Position numbers and translations under genes: made by a program. Positions 61,689 through 64,000 of a DNA stretch of 64,000 bases are shown here, one piece after another. The stretch is from NCBI GenBank assembly GCA_946402315.1, contig CAMIWC010000001.1, forward strand, positions 28,508 to 92,507. The letters run 5' to 3'. A model generated the notes under the pieces. The model made no database searches. It had not been told where the DNA came from and was given only the letters and a program-made list of their open reading frames with translations. Source of the stretch: an uncultured Clostridium sp. Its GTDB lineage: Bacteria > Bacillota_I > Bacilli_A > RF39 > UBA660. Position 1 is the stretch's first letter, and each line of letters starts with the position of its first letter.

Positions 61689-62141
61689 TTAAAATGGTAA
61701 CTCGTCATCGTTGATTTCAATACTAGAACCGAAATCAGCAAATGGATCATCTTTAACGCTAGATGTTTCAGGTTCATTTGAGAAACTATCAGGAGTAACA
61801 TTGTCAAAAGAATCATTATTTCCTTTATTCTTAGAATCTAAGAATTGTACTCTATTAGCAACTACATCAAAAGTATTTCTTTTAACACCATCTTTTTCAT
61901 AAGATCCTGTTTGAATACTTCCGTCTATAGCAACTTGACTTCCTTTAGATAAATATTTTTGCACATTTTCTGCTTGTTTATTAAATACAACAATATTTAT
62001 AAAATCTGCTCCTCTTTCTCCATTTGAATTAGTAAATGCTCTATCTACAGCAATACTAAATCTACATACAGCATTATTATCAGCTGAATATCTAAGTTCT
62101 GGATCACGAGTTAATCTTCCTATTAAAAATACTTTATTCAT
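61689..62141 (-). CDS. ssb: Single-stranded DNA-binding protein
   Basis: An OB fold (MNKVFLIGRLTRDPELRY...), a disordered tail and the acidic C-terminal tip DDELPF. Confidence 0.9.
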   Translation of the reverse strand: MNKVFLIGRLTRDPELRYSADNNAVCRFSIAVDRAFTNSNGERGADFINIVVFNKQAENVQKYLSKGSQVAIDGSIQTGSYEKDGVKRNTFDVVANRVQFLDSKNKGNNDSFDNVTPDSFSNEPETSSVKDDPFADFGSSIEINDDELPF

Positions 62142-62154
62142 ATTTTCCTCTTTT

Positions 62155-62442
62155 CTAGTCAGCTTTAACTACTAAATTACGAATAATATTTTCGTTAATT
62201 AAGCTTACACGACTAAATTCATTAACAGCTTTATCATCTTTAGTTTCAACAACGATTAAGAAATAATAACCATTTTTGTAACCATTAATTTCATAAGCTA
62301 GTTCTCTTTGACCCATCTCTTTGTAATCAACTACTTTAGCTCCATTTGATTCAACTAAAGATTTCATTTCTTCACCAACTTTTTTAATGTTGGCTTCTTC
62401 AAGATCAGGTTTAACTATAAACATTAATTCATACTTAAACAT
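62155..62442 (-). CDS. rpsF: 30S ribosomal protein S6
   Basis: The likely start is ATG at 62442 (MFKYELMFIVKPDL) with RBS AAGGAGGTG. The ORF track starts 7 codons upstream. Confidence 0.93.
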   Translation of the reverse strand: MFKYELMFIVKPDLEEANIKKVGEEMKSLVESNGAKVVDYKEMGQRELAYEINGYKNGYYFLIVVETKDDKAVNEFSRVSLINENIIRNLVVKAD

Positions 62443-62550
62443 ACTACACCTCCTTTTGGCCATTAGGTCTATTTCTAGACAAGGAGTACCGAAATACTCG
62501 TTAGTATTATAGCAAACTTATTATTGGTTGTCTACTTATATTTTATATTA

Positions 62551-62573
62551 AATAAAAAAGAGCTTATGCTCTT
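62551..62573 (-). terminator. Intrinsic terminator after the YfiH-like gene
   Basis: The hairpin aagagc-ttat-gctctt has the stop codon in its loop. A U-run follows on the minus strand. Confidence 0.5.
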
Positions 62574-63379
62574 TCTTTATAGAAAAATCCAACGAAGTTT
62601 TGTCCGCCTTCTTTTTGAGTTCCTCTTACTTCTTCAGTATGAGAATAATAATTAGGATCTTTTGCCGTATCAATAGGAGATATTTCTAAATGAGTAATAC
62701 CAATTTCTTTCATTTGCTTCTCAATAGCTCCTGGAAGATCTATATGATAATTATCTCCATCTTTAATAATATATCCATCCCAAACATCATCTGCAGTAGC
62801 CCATTTAGGATAACAATCATAAATATATGATTCTTTCTTTATACAACTACCTACATATACATAAATATCATTAATATCGCTATTACAACAATCTATTAAT
62901 GCTTTTACAGTATCTCTAGGTAATTTTCTATTAATATAAGCTGCTCCACAATGAGATAAAGCAGTATATCCTTTTCTTCTATCTTCACATATTATAACAG
63001 GACAATCTGCTTGAGGATTACCAATTATAACATTAGGATATTTCTCAGAAATAATAATGATATCAGCTATAACATCTTCATAAAACCAGTCATCTTTAGT
63101 CATATAGCTTTCATCTACTAATATATAATGTCCATCAGGATAATCTACTGGACTTAATCCTTTTTGTCTAGTTCTAAGCATATGTCTTCCATCTATTCCA
63201 AATTTCTTACCTAGATTAACTCTATCTTCAGCAAATTTAGCATATCTTTCTTCTTCAGATGTACCCTCAGGATAAAATTTAGGATTCTTAGACATTTTAC
63301 CATCTAATTTATTTGTTTCAAATATAATTATCTTACTATCCATATTAAACATTAAATCTGAATAAACAGATATCTCCAT
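62564..63379 (-). CDS. YfiH/PgeF-like laccase-domain (DUF152) protein, putative
   Basis: GNPQADCPVIIC and ALSHCGAAY resemble the YfiH/PgeF motifs (ADC.PV / HAGWRG-like). The start is uncertain: ATG at 63379 overlaps the ychF end by 35 nt. Alternatives are 63352 and 63343, and none has a good RBS. Confidence 0.45.
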   Translation of the reverse strand: MEISVYSDLMFNMDSKIIIFETNKLDGKMSKNPKFYPEGTSEEERYAKFAEDRVNLGKKFGIDGRHMLRTRQKGLSPVDYPDGHYILVDESYMTKDDWFYEDVIADIIIISEKYPNVIIGNPQADCPVIICEDRRKGYTALSHCGAAYINRKLPRDTVKALIDCCNSDINDIYVYVGSCIKKESYIYDCYPKWATADDVWDGYIIKDGDNYHIDLPGAIEKQMKEIGITHLEISPIDTAKDPNYYSHTEEVRGTQKEGGQNFVGFFYKERA

Positions 63380-64000
63380 CTCTCATAATATAATCTTTTC
63401 CTTCAAGACGATACTTTCCTGCTTCACGTACTTTTAATTCTGATCCACATTCTACTAAATCTTCATATGACATAACTTCAGCTTTGATAAATCCTTTTTC
63501 AAAATCAGTATGAATAATACCAGCACATTTCTTTGCATTAGTACCTTTTCTAAAAGTCCAAGCACGTACTTCATCTTTTCCTACAGTGAAGAATGTTTCA
63601 AGTCCAAGTAAATCATATGTAGCCTTAATTAATTGATCAAGTCCACTACTTTCAATACCAAATGATTCAAGTAATTCTTGTCTTTCAGAATCATCCATGT
63701 CACATAATTCGCATTCCATCTTAGCACATACTTTAACTACTTTAGCATTATCTTTTTCTGCATATTCACGAAGTGCCTTAACATATTCATTATCTTCTGC
63801 TACACCTTCTTCAGAAACATTAGCAAGATATATCATAGGTTTTAAAGTAAGAAGACTAAAATTCTTTAATACTTCTAATTCTTTTTCAGTAAATCCTACA
63901 TTTCTAAGAGGTACATTTTTCTCTAGATTTTCTTTTACTTTTACCAAAGTATTGTATTCTTCTAAAGAATCTTTATCACGATTTGTTTCAGCTTTCTTTT
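63345..64000 (-). CDS. ychF: Ribosome-binding ATPase YchF, C-terminal part. The N-terminus lies beyond the window end
   Basis: A C-terminal TGS-like domain: ...VRAWTFRKGTNAKKCAGIIHTDFEKGFIKAEV...LKVREAGKYRLEGKDYIMRDGDICLFRFNV. It sits upstream of rpsF-ssb-rpsR as in B. subtilis yyaF. Confidence 0.85.
   Translation of the reverse strand, partial: KKAETNRDKDSLEEYNTLVKVKENLEKNVPLRNVGFTEKELEVLKNFSLLTLKPMIYLANVSEEGVAEDNEYVKALREYAEKDNAKVVKVCAKMECELCDMDDSERQELLESFGIESSGLDQLIKATYDLLGLETFFTVGKDEVRAWTFRKGTNAKKCAGIIHTDFEKGFIKAEVMSYEDLVECGSELKVREAGKYRLEGKDYIMRDGDICLFRFNV

Noticed and set aside
1-64000. Alternative genetic code (UGA=Trp), as in Mollicutes, considered because of the extreme AT richness
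   Set aside because: prfB (RF2, which reads UGA) is present with its UGA-dependent autoregulatory frameshift. Conserved genes such as tuf, rpoB and rpoC are full-length with standard stops and no in-frame TGA. Cell-wall genes are abundant.

Overview
This window is a very AT-rich segment (roughly 70% A+T) of what looks like a low-GC Gram-positive (Bacillota) chromosome. The lineage guess rests on gene order and a cell-wall gene set; it is not confirmed. Standard genetic code applies: the RF2 gene prfB is present and carries its classic +1 frameshift site. Gene order resembles Bacillus in places (secG-rnr-smpB-ssrA, ftsH-dusB-lysS, ychF-rpsF-ssb-rpsR), and tilS, a DivIC-like gene, ftsE/ftsX and uvrB/uvrA are also present. 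From about 14.8 kb to the end nearly everything is on the minus strand. That stretch is dominated by the conserved transcription/translation cluster: secE-nusG-rplK-rplA-rplJ-rplL-rpoB-rpoC, then rpsL-rpsG-fusA-tuf. A divergent mscL gene sits between rpoC and rpsL. The first 8 kb is accessory-like. It holds a dockerin-ending gene fragment, a cohesin-like membrane-anchored surface protein, an LCP-family wall-polymer ligase, RNase J, a Nudix hydrolase and a two-domain surface protein with a mid-protein sortase-like motif. A second wall and surface cluster lies at 39.3-48.9 kb: a 1258-aa Big_2 surface protein, a VanY-type M15B peptidase, Hsp20, a DUF1113-like membrane protein, TcdA, cardiolipin synthase and an orphan HipA-like kinase-fold protein. 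I found no rRNA, tRNA, CRISPR array, transposase or integrase. The only RNA gene is tmRNA (ssrA). The candidates I rate most novel are the cohesin-dockerin pair at the window start and a short radical SAM/SPASM enzyme plus a small S/N-rich tail-anchored protein inserted between uvrB and uvrA, preceded by a roughly 300-nt structured leader. The mid-protein sortase-like signal is also worth a look. All calls rest on reading motifs in the ORF translations and sequence by eye; no searches were run.
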